Source: Clostridium phage slur17. Taken from it: 41,318 bases of DNA. A program made the translations under genes and the position numbers. This document shows, in pieces, positions 1 through 9,913 of the stretch. The DNA is taken from sequence record LN881738.1, one strand, 5' to 3'. Position 1 is the first letter of the stretch, and each line of letters opens with the position of its first letter. The notes under the pieces were generated by a model. The model worked only from the letters and a program-made list of their open reading frames with translations. It did no database searches and was not told where the DNA came from.

Positions 1-595
1 TGTCTGTAACTTCTTTAGTTAGAGTATCTTTAGTAGTATTAACATCACTAATCATGCTGTTTTTAGCGTCTGTAACTTCTGTAACTTTAGAGTCGAAAGT
101 TTCTTTTATACTATTAAATTCTTCGACTCTTTTAATTTCTGCTTCTTTTCTTGCTTCTTCTGTTTCTTTTATTTCTTCTATGCCTTCGACGACTTCTTTT
201 ACTTGATTTATTGTAACGCTGATATAATCCCATTTCGGTTCTTCTGTAATACTGTTTTTATCTATACTTTTCTCTATATTAATCTTTAAAGAAAAAGTAG
301 TAACAACTAAATCATCTTTGTAGAAAGTAAACTCTACTATTACATCCCCCGCAACTTCTGTTATGTTATTTTCTATTATAGTTGTTGCAATAGAATTTTC
401 TATAGTACAGCTCTGATAAACTATTTTCCCGTCTGGTCTTTGAAAATTTGCTATAGCTGTATATCCTGTCAAATCTTTTTCTATATTATTTTCTAATAAA
501 TTAATCTTAAATTCTATTGCATTATCATATTGCTTATATTTTGCAACTTGGTAACTTTTAGTGTTAATATCTACTGTATAAATTCTATCTCTCAA
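1..595 (-). CDS. Tail fibre / baseplate upper protein (BppU-like N-terminal domain); 5' part only, ORF runs off the left edge
   Basis: Absent from the ORF track because there is no stop in the window. TTG at 595-593 follows AAAGGAGTG (601-609), and the frame stays open to base 1. Translation is LRDRIYTVDINTKSYQVAKYKQYDNAIEFKINLLENNIEKDLTGYTAIANFQRPDGKIVYQ..., followed by a coiled-coil-like stretch ...EEFNSIKETFDSKVTEVTDAKNSMISDVNTTKDTLTKEVTD. Confidence 0.75.
   Translation of the reverse strand, partial: MRDRIYTVDINTKSYQVAKYKQYDNAIEFKINLLENNIEKDLTGYTAIANFQRPDGKIVYQSCTIENSIATTIIENNITEVAGDVIVEFTFYKDDLVVTTFSLKINIEKSIDKNSITEEPKWDYISVTINQVKEVVEGIEEIKETEEARKEAEIKRVEEFNSIKETFDSKVTEVTDAKNSMISDVNTTKDTLTKEVTD
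29..127. repeat. 99-bp perfect direct repeat, copy 1 (partner at 41192-41290)
   Basis: Base-by-base comparison shows identity from tttagtagtattaacatcac... to ...attcttcgac. The flanks are only partly similar. Confidence 0.9.
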
Positions 596-609
596 ATTTA
601 TCACTCCTT

Positions 610-852
610 TTACTCTACCATTTTTGGAGTAAATTCTTTTATTATTTCTTTTTCCTTTAATACAAATTTTCCGTTTTCAATTTTATAATCACGAGGATTT
701 AAAATTTCTGGAATATCCTCGACAACTATTTTATCTAATATTTGCCTATAATCCTCTTCCCTATCTGCAAAGCAGGTATAATCCTGCTCCATCTCTGATT
801 TTATGCAATTATATATTTCTCCAGTTCTCTTGCTGTAAAAAATAGTAACCAT
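610..852 (-). CDS. Hypothetical small protein in the tail module
   Basis: 80-aa ORF tightly packed between the Tal gene and the fibre gene on the same strand. No motif recognised. Confidence 0.6.
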   Translation of the reverse strand: MVTIFYSKRTGEIYNCIKSEMEQDYTCFADREEDYRQILDKIVVEDIPEILNPRDYKIENGKFVLKEKEIIKEFTPKMVE

Positions 853-878
853 ACTTCTTCTCCTTTTTTTTGAAAATT

Positions 879-2975
879 TTAAGCATAAACATAGTATTGT
901 ACTGTAATAAATCCTTCTGAAAAAAAATTCATTCCGAGCCAGTAGCCTATTGTTTGGCTTCCTGACATTTCGTAAGACACACCTCGCACAGATGCAGAAA
1001 GTTCCAATTGTGGATTTGTATCACTTTTTTTTGCTGTCGCTGATGTGCTGAAATAACTTAAACAGCTACCATTTGTTGATGTAGACCTTATTGCACAAGT
1101 TGCTTTAAAATTTTTACCTGCAAATTTTTTTGGTAAGTCTATTATGATTTTTGAATCTTTATAATCAAAGTATGTGTATCCACTTTCTTGAAGATAATAT
1201 GACTCTGTTACATCTGAACCGGTGTAGAATTTTGTATATAGCCCCGAGTCGGTCATTTTTGTAAATCCCTTCCCGCTTATAAGTTTCAATCCTTCATCAT
1301 CAATAAGAACATAAGGACTTACACTATTAAAAGCAATTTTAAAAGTATTTGGGTTAAAATGAACATCTCCAAAACTATCAATTTCCATTGTTTTGACTCC
1401 ATTATCATTTACGACTACCATTTCTCTAGCATTTATATACATGCCTTTTAGCTGTCCAAACCAACCTCTATCTAGCTTCAACTCCCCAATTAATGCATCT
1501 GCTATTGCTCCTTTTTCTATCCACATAGTTCCATCGTCGATTTTTGTAGTCTGTGCTTCTACTTGATTAGAGAACTCTGTAACATTTCCATGCGAGTTTA
1601 CTGCTCTTACTCTGAAATACCAAGTTTGAAAAGGTTCAGCTTGATGAACGTAAGCACTTGCTTGCCCTACAAAAATTCGATTTGTAAAATTAATTGTATC
1701 TGGTACAAAGTCTTTAATTTGAGACGCATAAACTTCATATTTGTAATAAGACTTATTTGTAAATGTCCATGTTAGATTGATAAAAGCGAATAACCCCTCT
1801 GCTGTCAAAGCTGGTGTATTCGGTAAAGTGTCTGGAAACTCTGAATCATCTACTTTGACATTATCAATAGCTTTTTTTACTGTTTCTATTTTATTTTCTA
1901 TATTATTAAACTTGTTATTTAAAAAGTCTAAATGATTTATTAAATCGCCAACTTCAATACTATAGTATTTTCGATTTATTGGGCTATAGTCTGTTTTAAC
2001 TACTCTAGCAGTTGCGTTAATGTTTAAATTAAAATCTCGTATTATCACTTCATCACCTAGATTGACTGTTTCTAGCATTTTGTAATCTTTATAATTTATA
2101 GTTGTAGATAAATCTACGAAGTTGACTTTGTATAAAACTTTTGGTAAATCAACTTGATTGTATTTAAAATAGTCTTTGCATTTTTCTCTTAATTCTTCTT
2201 CAACACTGACCTCATCAGAACTAAAATCTATAGCAACAATCTTTTGGGTAGCATATTTATTCATATTAGGACTAACAATGTATTTTTCTGTCAATGTAAT
2301 CATTTCATCTTCGTAGACCGCATAAGGATATATTTTTGTTACAATATCTTGTGTATCATACTCCGCTTCAAGCCCTGTTATATTTTTTTTATATGCAAGT
2401 AGCACATTTTTACTCTCACCTCTTTGATAATTTAAGAAAACATTAAAATTATCAAAGAAAAGTTTCGCAGTTGGTTCAAATTTTTGAATTAGAGAATTTT
2501 CGCCCTCGCAGATTGCGCTGTAAGGGCTTTGCATTTCAATATTAATAGTATTCCTTGCCTTGATGTCTGAATGTCCTCTAAATCTGTTCTGTTCCTCACA
2601 AGCACGAAAGACTCTTTCTAAAGCTTCTTCGCAAGTAATATCGTTCAATTCCAAACTTTCTATGAAATTATTAAGCAAATCATACTTAATGTGTTGCGCT
2701 TTTACATTAATATACCCACCTAGATTTTTTGATATATAATAAATTCTAAAAAGCTGGTCTTTGTAGTCGGGCGAAGTATCAGCTTTAATTAATCTATCTA
2801 CTTTTATTTCTTTAAATAAAAAAGAGTCTTCGTAGATAGTAAATTCTAACTCGAAAACTCCGCTTTCTTCCTCTCTAACATGGTCATTTATTACATTCGT
2901 AAGAACACCTAAACCTAAATGCCTAAAATCTGTTTCTTTTTCTTCATATAAAACTAATTTTCCTTTTTGAATAAT
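879..2975 (-). CDS. Tail-associated lysin / prophage tail endopeptidase-type protein (Tal) with an FN3-like central domain
   Basis: The track ORF 879..2678 continues in frame for 99 more codons (IIQKGKLVLYEEKETDFRHLGLGVLTNVINDHVREEESGVFELEFTIYEDS...), which is a typical Tal N-terminus. Strong SD GGAGGGAGGG at 2980-2989. There is no ATG/GTG/TTG in that stretch, so the start is probably ATT at 2975 or 2972. Confidence 0.8.
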   Translation of the reverse strand: MIQKGKLVLYEEKETDFRHLGLGVLTNVINDHVREEESGVFELEFTIYEDSFLFKEIKVDRLIKADTSPDYKDQLFRIYYISKNLGGYINVKAQHIKYDLLNNFIESLELNDITCEEALERVFRACEEQNRFRGHSDIKARNTINIEMQSPYSAICEGENSLIQKFEPTAKLFFDNFNVFLNYQRGESKNVLLAYKKNITGLEAEYDTQDIVTKIYPYAVYEDEMITLTEKYIVSPNMNKYATQKIVAIDFSSDEVSVEEELREKCKDYFKYNQVDLPKVLYKVNFVDLSTTINYKDYKMLETVNLGDEVIIRDFNLNINATARVVKTDYSPINRKYYSIEVGDLINHLDFLNNKFNNIENKIETVKKAIDNVKVDDSEFPDTLPNTPALTAEGLFAFINLTWTFTNKSYYKYEVYASQIKDFVPDTINFTNRIFVGQASAYVHQAEPFQTWYFRVRAVNSHGNVTEFSNQVEAQTTKIDDGTMWIEKGAIADALIGELKLDRGWFGQLKGMYINAREMVVVNDNGVKTMEIDSFGDVHFNPNTFKIAFNSVSPYVLIDDEGLKLISGKGFTKMTDSGLYTKFYTGSDVTESYYLQESGYTYFDYKDSKIIIDLPKKFAGKNFKATCAIRSTSTNGSCLSYFSTSATAKKSDTNPQLELSASVRGVSYEMSGSQTIGYWLGMNFFSEGFITVQYYVYA

Positions 2976-3007
2976 TAATCCCTCCCTCCAAATTTTAATT
3001 TAAAACT

Positions 3008-3742
3008 TTATAAAATATTCCATCTAGGATTTATTTTTATGCTTTTTATATCCCCTTCCCAGCTAATCTGATTTTCTCCTTCTTCAAGTATGGGAAAGTC
3101 ACTAAAAAGCTTATTATTTTCATTTACAATAATGTTATTTTCTTTGTTTATTCTATATACATTCATCTGTTCGCTATCTATTATTAAGTCGCTTAAAATT
3201 CCATTTTCTGCCACCCCTCTTAGCACTATGCTTTGAGTATTTATTTTTATACTTATGTCCCCTGCTCCTTCTATATAGAGAACAGGTTTTGACTCTCTAT
3301 AGAAATTTGTTATAGTAGCACTCTTTAGATTTAATACATTTAAACTTATAATTTCTTCTTCTGCGTATCTAAAAGGGTAGCAGTCGAATGTTAAAAGACA
3401 TGATGCAAAGTTTTTAAAATTTCTAGTTATATCTAGTTTATTGTTACAGCTTGCTAGATAATAAAAGTCACTATTACTTAAAAAAAGTTTTTTATATGAT
3501 ATATCGCCCTGTAGCCATTTTTTTATTTCTGTTGCAACTTCTTCTATATTACTTTGTCTTGCATCTATATCGCATTCTATTGTAAGCGTAAAATTTTCAA
3601 AACCTTTTTTTAGTAGTAAATCTCCATCTTTGCCTGGCACACTCACTCTTTCAACTTCCATCTGTGGAGCTGATAAGTCGTTTATATTGTATATTTTTAA
3701 ACCAAATTCTCTGCTGTCTCGACCGTTATAAACGAAAAACAT
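3008..3742 (-). CDS. Distal tail protein (Dit, siphovirus tail component family)
   Basis: MFFVYNGRDSREFGLKIYNINDLSAPQMEVERVSVPGKDGDLL is a typical Dit N-terminus, and the gene lies between TMP and Tal. ATG at 3742 follows GAGAGGAGGG; the track start at 3763 is probably too long. Confidence 0.8.
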   Translation of the reverse strand: MFFVYNGRDSREFGLKIYNINDLSAPQMEVERVSVPGKDGDLLLKKGFENFTLTIECDIDARQSNIEEVATEIKKWLQGDISYKKLFLSNSDFYYLASCNNKLDITRNFKNFASCLLTFDCYPFRYAEEEIISLNVLNLKSATITNFYRESKPVLYIEGAGDISIKINTQSIVLRGVAENGILSDLIIDSEQMNVYRINKENNIIVNENNKLFSDFPILEEGENQISWEGDIKSIKINPRWNIL

Positions 3743-3862
3743 AGCTTTATGCCCTCCTCTCATTTATTATTTTTTAGACATAACTCCGTTTTTGTAGTTA
3801 TATTTTTTACTATAGTCTTTTCAAAAAAGATAAAAGGAAATATAAAAAAGAAAAGGAACATT

Positions 3863-6800
3863 TTATAAAGCTCCTTTTCTTTTTGCTAAGAACAATATTT
3901 CATCAAAAAGATTTTCTATATCTTGTTGTCTATTATTTACAAAGTTTTCTATATTAAGTTTAATACCTGCTTGATTTTCATTAGCTTCATCAGCCTTATT
4001 ATTACTCATTATAGCTGTTTCTTTTCCAGCTTTAAAATCTGTACTTGCAACTATATTAGCTTGTATTTTAGACGTTTCAAAATTAACTGTAGCTTTTAAT
4101 TTACCTGTAAGTTCAGATATATTTTTCTCTATTTTTTCTTTCAAGCCTGGCGTTTCTACATCTATTCCAACGCCGACCCCTTTTACAAGATTTCTACCAA
4201 TTAAATCTCGCATGATTATGGAAGGTGAATGCACTCCAAAGCCGTCTCTAAATCCATCTATAACATTACTAGCAAAATCAAGGACTTGGTCTTTTAACCA
4301 GCCACCCATGCCCGTTATACCTTCCCATAAGCCTCTTACAACATCTTTCCCGATACTCATAATTTTACTAGGCAAATCTTTCAAAGCATCCTTAACAGCA
4401 TTTGCCATATTTTTTCCAGCTTCTCCAGCTTGTTTGACTAAGTTAGTCCCCCAGCTTATGACATTTGAAATGATATTGTCTAGCCATTCTCTAAATTTTC
4501 CTGGAAGCTGGCTAACAGTATTGTATATATTGTTAAAAAAGTTTTTCGCTGTTTCTAAAGCTTTTTTAGATAAATTAACTTCCCACTCCATGACTTTTTG
4601 CATTATATTAGTTAATTTTTCCCATATTTTGCCCGGAAGTTCTGAAAAGAATTTCATTATATTTTCTAAGAATTTGCTTCCTGTTTCTAATGCTTTTTGA
4701 ATTAGATTAGAACCCCATTCCGAAACTTTTCCCATGATATCTGTAAACTTTTCCCATAATTTTCCCGGAAGCTCCGAAATTGGAATTAATACATTGTCAA
4801 CAAATTGATTAAAAATATCTGTTGCCAATTGCTTTAAATTTTCGCCCCAGCCACTTATTGTTTCTACTACTGTATTAAACCATTCCGAAATTCTTTCGGG
4901 TAGCTCTGTAAAAAACTGTGTTATATTTTCCCAAATTGCACCAAAAAACTCTGAAACAGAAACCTTGAAATTTTCGCCCCAAGTTTGAATATTTTGCAAT
5001 ATGATACTAAAAAATTCCGAAATTTTTTCCGGAAGGCTTACAAACCATTCGACAATGCTATTTATTATTTCTGGTAATGTTTCTGTTGCCCAGGCGTACA
5101 GATTAGCTCCTAAATCAACGAAAAAACCAGCAATAGACCCGATTACAAAACCAATATTATATGGAATTTGTTTAAACCATTCGACAATATTATTTATTAT
5201 AGCTGGCATTGTCTCATTAAAGAAACTTGATATTTTTTCTCCTATTTTCCCACATTCTTCTTTTATCTTGTCGCCAATACCCGCAAACCATTTTGGTACT
5301 GTGCTAGTAAAAAAGTCTAAACCACTTTTTAATCCGCTTCCAATTGCATCTCCAATTTTTGACCCAGTCTCTTTGAACCAATTGCTAAGACCGCCGAAAA
5401 TCTCTACAGCTTTATCTTTTATACTTGAAAAACCTTGCTGTGCCTTATCTCCAAACTCTGTAAAAAAGTCTCCAGCTCCTGCAAATCCTTCACTTATTTT
5501 ATTTCCAAGACCACCAAAAAATCCACCTATATTTTCAATTCCTTCTTTGAATTTATCTTTTACTTTAGAGAAGAAATCACCAATAGAATTTTTTGCACTA
5601 GCTAGCCACTCATTTATATTTTTGTCTGTATCTCTTAGCCATTTTTCTATTCCACCAAAAAAACCACCAATGCCATTGAACCCTTTTTTTATACTTTCAG
5701 ATAATTTACTAGCTGAATCCCCAACTTTAGGGACTGTTCCTGTTACGAGTTCATCACTGACAAGTTCTAAGCCTTCAACAGAAGTTTTAACATCATCTAT
5801 GCCATCAGCATATTCTTCTAGTTCTCCAGCGTCCAGTTTGGCAGAACCAGAATCCAAAGAGGAACTTTTAGCAGATGAGTCTACATCCCCTCCACTTGCG
5901 CTAGAAGTATTAGCTTTTTCTTTTAGTTTCTCATATTCTTCTAACTTTTTCTTCAATCTATCAAGCTCTTTTTCTTGTGCTGGTATAATCTCTTTTAAGT
6001 TAATAGCTTCCTTTACAGCTTCCTGGATAGATTGCTTTTTAGAGTTAACTCCATTTAACAAACTATCTGCTAAACTCTGCCCTGCATCCTGCCAATGCGG
6101 GTTATATTCACTTAAAAGTTTTATAATTTCTTCTGAATTTTTTTGTAAAAGTAGCCTTCTCGCTTCATTTTGAATATTTGTCTCTTCTAAAAGTTCACTA
6201 AAATATTTTTCAATTTCTTCTTTTTGACTAGCATTAGACTCTTTTATCAATTCAAGTTTTTTACTTTCTGCTTCTTTTTGATTGTCGTACTCTTCTTTGT
6301 ACTGCTCTTTTTTGTTACTAGCTTCTGTTTTTATATTTTCAATCTGTTCTTTTAATCTGTTTTTTTCTTGTTGCCTTTGTTCATCTAATAATTTCTTCTG
6401 TCTATCTGATTGTGCTTCTGATATTTCTTTTTGTATTTTTTCTCGTTCTTTTTGATTTTTAGCTGTTGCTAGTTTCCTGTCAAGGTCGCTTATTTTTTCA
6501 TTGTACGCTTTCTCTTCTTCTGCTTTTTGTTCTTCTTCAATTTGCTTGTCTATGGCGTCAATTTGTTCTTGTATAGCATTAGTTTTCTCATTTGTTTCTG
6601 TATCTAAATACTTTAATTTCTCATTGTATTCTTTTTCATAGACCTTTAATCTATCATTTGATGCCTTTTCCTCAACTTTTAGTCTTTCATCAAGCGCTTT
6701 TATTTGTATATCTTTTTGACTTTCATATTGATTTTTTAATGCTGTAGTTATAGCCTCGCAAATTTTTTCAAATTTACTCTTGTTGGTCTCAAGATTTTTT

Positions 6801-9166
6801 TCCATAGCACTTATTAATTCTTTTGTTGCCTCTACTACATCTTTGCTTGTATTTTTTATACCATTAGCAAATCCAATGCCTGCAAATTCTCCAAGTTCTG
6901 TTGTAACTTTAGACGGTGAATGTATTCTTAGTACTTTTTTAAATGTATTAACTACAGTTAAACCGATATTTTTTACAGTATCTACAACCAAACCGATACC
7001 GCTCGAAAGCCCATTTATTATCCCAGCTATTATGTTTTTTCCAAAGGTAACAAAGCCTTTTACAACACTAGAAAAGAAACTAAAAACCTTATTTTTAAAA
7101 CTTACACAACTATTATAAATAGCTTTAAATCCATTTACAAAAGGGCTTAATAACATACTTCCTATACTTTTCCAGTTATTTTTAATAAAACTTAAAACAT
7201 TTTTAAAGATGCCTACAATTTTGTTAAATATAGAATTTACAGTGTTTCTAAAACCTTCACAATTATCGTAAATTAATTTAAATGCTCCAATGAACGGATT
7301 TACTAAAATTAATAATAAGCCTTGCCAGTTACTCTTAATAAAAGACATTGTTTTGCTTAAAGCATCTTTAATGCTGTTAAATAATTTATTTATAGTATTT
7401 CTAAAACCTTCGCAATTATCATAGATTAATTTAAAACCACCAATGAAGGGATTAACAAGTAATAGAGCCAATCCTTGCCAATTTTCTTTTGCAAAGTCTA
7501 TAAATTTACTCATAGCTTGCGGTATTGTTTCAGTAAAGAATTTAGCAATTTGACCGAATATTTTCTCCCCAACTTCTTTAATATTATTCCAAATATTTAT
7601 AACGGCATCTCTGAAACCCTCATTGTTTTTCCAGAGCGATACGAATCCCGCAATCAAAGCCCCTACTGCTACTATAGTTAAACCAATCGGACCACCAAGC
7701 GCCGTTAATGCACCCTTCCACAAATTAGTTGCTACTTGCGCTAAACTTATTTTTTTTGTAACTAATCCAACTATAGTTTCATACAGCGTTAACGTAGTTC
7801 CTGATTCTGCCATCCCTGTGACGAACAGCCTTACAGCAAGTTGCGCATCTGTAAAGCTTTTTTGTATACCCCTTACAATTCCAGCAATTTTTAATCCAGC
7901 GAAAGCAACTCCAATCCCTGTTATCAAAGGAGCTACAAGGCTACCATGCTGAATCAAGAAGGTTATAACATTGATTAAAGGGGTTAATGCTAAAGATATT
8001 AACTTTACAACTGTTCCAATTAACGCACCAATGCTTTCTGCTGTACTTCTTATAGCATTTTTTGTATTTTCGTTTTGAAAAGCCTTAGCAAATTTATTTG
8101 CCAAATCATTTAAAACAGGAAGCAATCCCTCTGCAATTGGAAGAAGTAAATTAACCTGCATTTGCCTTCCAATTCCTGTTATCGCTTCTCCGAAACTATT
8201 GTATTTTATCTTATTAATTTCTTCTAATTTATCTTTTGAACTGCTTATACTTCCTTCGATATTTGTTAGCGCTGTTACTGCATCCGCTTCCAAATCCTCA
8301 AACTTAGTACCAAAGAGTTGTACACCTATCTGATTTTTTAATACATTATCATCTAAATTATTTAAAGCCGTTGTAACCTCAACAAAAGCCTCTTTTGCAC
8401 TACTTCCACCATTTGCAAATTTCTTAGTTAGTTCGTCAGCATTAAAACCGAGCGCCTCAAAAGCTTCCTTAGTTCCATTCGAACCGTCTTTAGCCCTAAT
8501 ATTAAATTCTTTCAAAGCGTCATTTAGATAGTCTATTTGATAGACTCCACTCTCTGCCCCGTTTTTCATCATATTAAACATTTCTTCTGCTGAAAAACCC
8601 ATCTGTGCGTAATATGTCGAATATTCTGCTAACTGGTCTCCGAGGTCATCATTCTGATTTAATCCTTGTTGTGCTCCCTGTGCAATCAAGTTGTACGACT
8701 CTTTTGCGCTAATACCAAATTGGCGCATCATGGAGTTTACGCCATTTAAACTTTCCCCAACATCCATGTCGAAAGTATCCCGCATCATAATCGCACTTTC
8801 AGTAACTTCTTGAATATTGCTAGCGTCTATCCCATCAAGCTTTTGAGATATTAAACTCATAACTTCGCTTATATCGCCCATGTCCTCGCCAAAATTATTT
8901 GCATAGACCTGCTGTAGCGCTTCTCCAAAGCCTTTTGCCTTAGCTTCCGCATTTCCCGTTGCTGACTCGAAACCATTCATTGCCTTTTGGTATTCATCCC
9001 CAAAGTCAATAGCCTGTTTTCCTATAGCTCCCAGACTTGCGCCAATTCCAGCTATCGCAAGAGCGCTTTTTGCTTTCTTCTTCATAGTATCAGCTAAGTT
9101 ATTAAGTTGTTTCTCTGCATCTTCGGTATTTAAAAGGGTATCTATAATAATAGAACCATCTGCCAT
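3863..9166 (-). CDS. Tape measure protein (1767 aa)
   Basis: Very long ORF downstream of the tail chaperones. It has hydrophobic and Gly-rich segments, a long E/K coiled coil, and many W/F-spaced helical repeats in the C-terminal third. Confidence 0.9.
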   Translation of the reverse strand: MADGSIIIDTLLNTEDAEKQLNNLADTMKKKAKSALAIAGIGASLGAIGKQAIDFGDEYQKAMNGFESATGNAEAKAKGFGEALQQVYANNFGEDMGDISEVMSLISQKLDGIDASNIQEVTESAIMMRDTFDMDVGESLNGVNSMMRQFGISAKESYNLIAQGAQQGLNQNDDLGDQLAEYSTYYAQMGFSAEEMFNMMKNGAESGVYQIDYLNDALKEFNIRAKDGSNGTKEAFEALGFNADELTKKFANGGSSAKEAFVEVTTALNNLDDNVLKNQIGVQLFGTKFEDLEADAVTALTNIEGSISSSKDKLEEINKIKYNSFGEAITGIGRQMQVNLLLPIAEGLLPVLNDLANKFAKAFQNENTKNAIRSTAESIGALIGTVVKLISLALTPLINVITFLIQHGSLVAPLITGIGVAFAGLKIAGIVRGIQKSFTDAQLAVRLFVTGMAESGTTLTLYETIVGLVTKKISLAQVATNLWKGALTALGGPIGLTIVAVGALIAGFVSLWKNNEGFRDAVINIWNNIKEVGEKIFGQIAKFFTETIPQAMSKFIDFAKENWQGLALLLVNPFIGGFKLIYDNCEGFRNTINKLFNSIKDALSKTMSFIKSNWQGLLLILVNPFIGAFKLIYDNCEGFRNTVNSIFNKIVGIFKNVLSFIKNNWKSIGSMLLSPFVNGFKAIYNSCVSFKNKVFSFFSSVVKGFVTFGKNIIAGIINGLSSGIGLVVDTVKNIGLTVVNTFKKVLRIHSPSKVTTELGEFAGIGFANGIKNTSKDVVEATKELISAMEKNLETNKSKFEKICEAITTALKNQYESQKDIQIKALDERLKVEEKASNDRLKVYEKEYNEKLKYLDTETNEKTNAIQEQIDAIDKQIEEEQKAEEEKAYNEKISDLDRKLATAKNQKEREKIQKEISEAQSDRQKKLLDEQRQQEKNRLKEQIENIKTEASNKKEQYKEEYDNQKEAESKKLELIKESNASQKEEIEKYFSELLEETNIQNEARRLLLQKNSEEIIKLLSEYNPHWQDAGQSLADSLLNGVNSKKQSIQEAVKEAINLKEIIPAQEKELDRLKKKLEEYEKLKEKANTSSASGGDVDSSAKSSSLDSGSAKLDAGELEEYADGIDDVKTSVEGLELVSDELVTGTVPKVGDSASKLSESIKKGFNGIGGFFGGIEKWLRDTDKNINEWLASAKNSIGDFFSKVKDKFKEGIENIGGFFGGLGNKISEGFAGAGDFFTEFGDKAQQGFSSIKDKAVEIFGGLSNWFKETGSKIGDAIGSGLKSGLDFFTSTVPKWFAGIGDKIKEECGKIGEKISSFFNETMPAIINNIVEWFKQIPYNIGFVIGSIAGFFVDLGANLYAWATETLPEIINSIVEWFVSLPEKISEFFSIILQNIQTWGENFKVSVSEFFGAIWENITQFFTELPERISEWFNTVVETISGWGENLKQLATDIFNQFVDNVLIPISELPGKLWEKFTDIMGKVSEWGSNLIQKALETGSKFLENIMKFFSELPGKIWEKLTNIMQKVMEWEVNLSKKALETAKNFFNNIYNTVSQLPGKFREWLDNIISNVISWGTNLVKQAGEAGKNMANAVKDALKDLPSKIMSIGKDVVRGLWEGITGMGGWLKDQVLDFASNVIDGFRDGFGVHSPSIIMRDLIGRNLVKGVGVGIDVETPGLKEKIEKNISELTGKLKATVNFETSKIQANIVASTDFKAGKETAIMSNNKADEANENQAGIKLNIENFVNNRQQDIENLFDEILFLAKRKGAL
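7025..7483. repeat. 3 x 153-bp tandem repeat inside the tape measure gene
   Basis: CCAGTT/CCAATT landmarks at 7478-7483, 7325-7330 and 7172-7177 give a 153-bp period. The protein units are NWQGLALLLVNPFIGGFKLIYDNCEGFRNT.., NWQGLLLILVNPFIGAFKLIYDNCEGFRNT.. and NWKSIGSMLLSPFVNGFKAIYNSCVSFKNK... Confidence 0.8.
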
Positions 9167-9196
9167 TTATTCACCCCCTTTTTATAAATTTGCATT

Positions 9197-9236
9197 AAAA
9201 AAGCACCTACTTTTTAAAAAAGTAAGTGCTTTTTAT
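9197..9236 (-). terminator. Hairpin with flanking A/T runs between the DUF4236 gene and the TMP start
   Basis: agcacctact (9202-9211) pairs with agtaagtgct (9221-9230) with one mismatch. A T-run follows on the minus strand. Confidence 0.55.
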
Positions 9237-9271
9237 TTAAATCTTCTACTATATTTTTCTCTTTACAAATA

Positions 9272-9913
9272 TTAATCTTGTTTTTTAACATCATTTAATA
9301 GTTGTTTATATAGCCTATTAAGCTTAGTTTTATTATCATTATTTAAATGCTCTTTATAATCTATTGCTAAACTAGAGAATTTATAAGCATTGTTCATGCG
9401 AGCCTTTTCAGTTTTTAGTTCTTTCAATTTACTAGACATTTCATTGTAGTATCTAGTCAAAAAGTCATTTATAGTATCAGTCTTTTTTGCTATTATGCTG
9501 TCTAGCATCTGGCTAGGAGATTGACCAGAAAAGTTTAAGTTATCCTCTATGGCAACTAAGGCATATGATTTATCTAACAACATATTATATCTATAAAAAA
9601 ATGTTTTAGGGTCTTTTGTAGTATTAACTATATTAGCACAATCGTTTATTATTTTTAATAGCTGTTGAGCCTGCCTACTACTCTCCGAGCCTCCTGCACT
9701 CTTACCATTTTTCTTTTTACCTCCACCTAGTTGAGTTGTTTCTTGATAATATAAGCCACTTCCAGGAACTCCCAAAGTCGTCGTAGCTTTCCCTTTAGAA
9801 TTAACTGAAACTCTAGCACCTTTAACGCCACCGCTAACACTAACACTATTTTTATTAATATTTAACTTCAATCCACCGCCTAGATTTATGCTTTTTCTAA
9901 ATTTAAATCCCAT
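9272..9913 (-). CDS. DUF4236-like protein (moron inside the tail module)
   Basis: The N-terminus MGFKFRKSINLGGGLKLNINKNSVSVSGGVKGARVSVNSKGK matches my memory of the DUF4236 repeat pattern. It is followed by a Gly/Lys linker and a helical C-terminal domain. Confidence 0.7.
   Translation of the reverse strand: MGFKFRKSINLGGGLKLNINKNSVSVSGGVKGARVSVNSKGKATTTLGVPGSGLYYQETTQLGGGKKKNGKSAGGSESSRQAQQLLKIINDCANIVNTTKDPKTFFYRYNMLLDKSYALVAIEDNLNFSGQSPSQMLDSIIAKKTDTINDFLTRYYNEMSSKLKELKTEKARMNNAYKFSSLAIDYKEHLNNDNKTKLNRLYKQLLNDVKKQD

Noticed and set aside
1-127. Simple circular closure by overlapping the two window ends
   Set aside because: Only 99 bp are identical, and the repeat is offset 28 nt from each edge. 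Direct end-joining puts the two fibre frames out of register and creates a stop codon. The ends are therefore not a plain k-mer overlap, and some sequence would have to be missing.
1563-1775. 70-aa plus-strand ORF inside the Tal gene
   Set aside because: It is antisense to a well-supported structural gene, and its sequence is implausible and Cys/Ile-rich.
4212-7952. Plus-strand ORFs inside the tape measure gene (4212-4700, 5001-6173, 6780-7118, 7475-7681, 7623-7952)
   Set aside because: They are antisense shadows of a 5.3-kb minus-strand gene. Their translations are low-complexity and rich in Ser, Pro, Phe and Leu. They have no SDs and no operon context.
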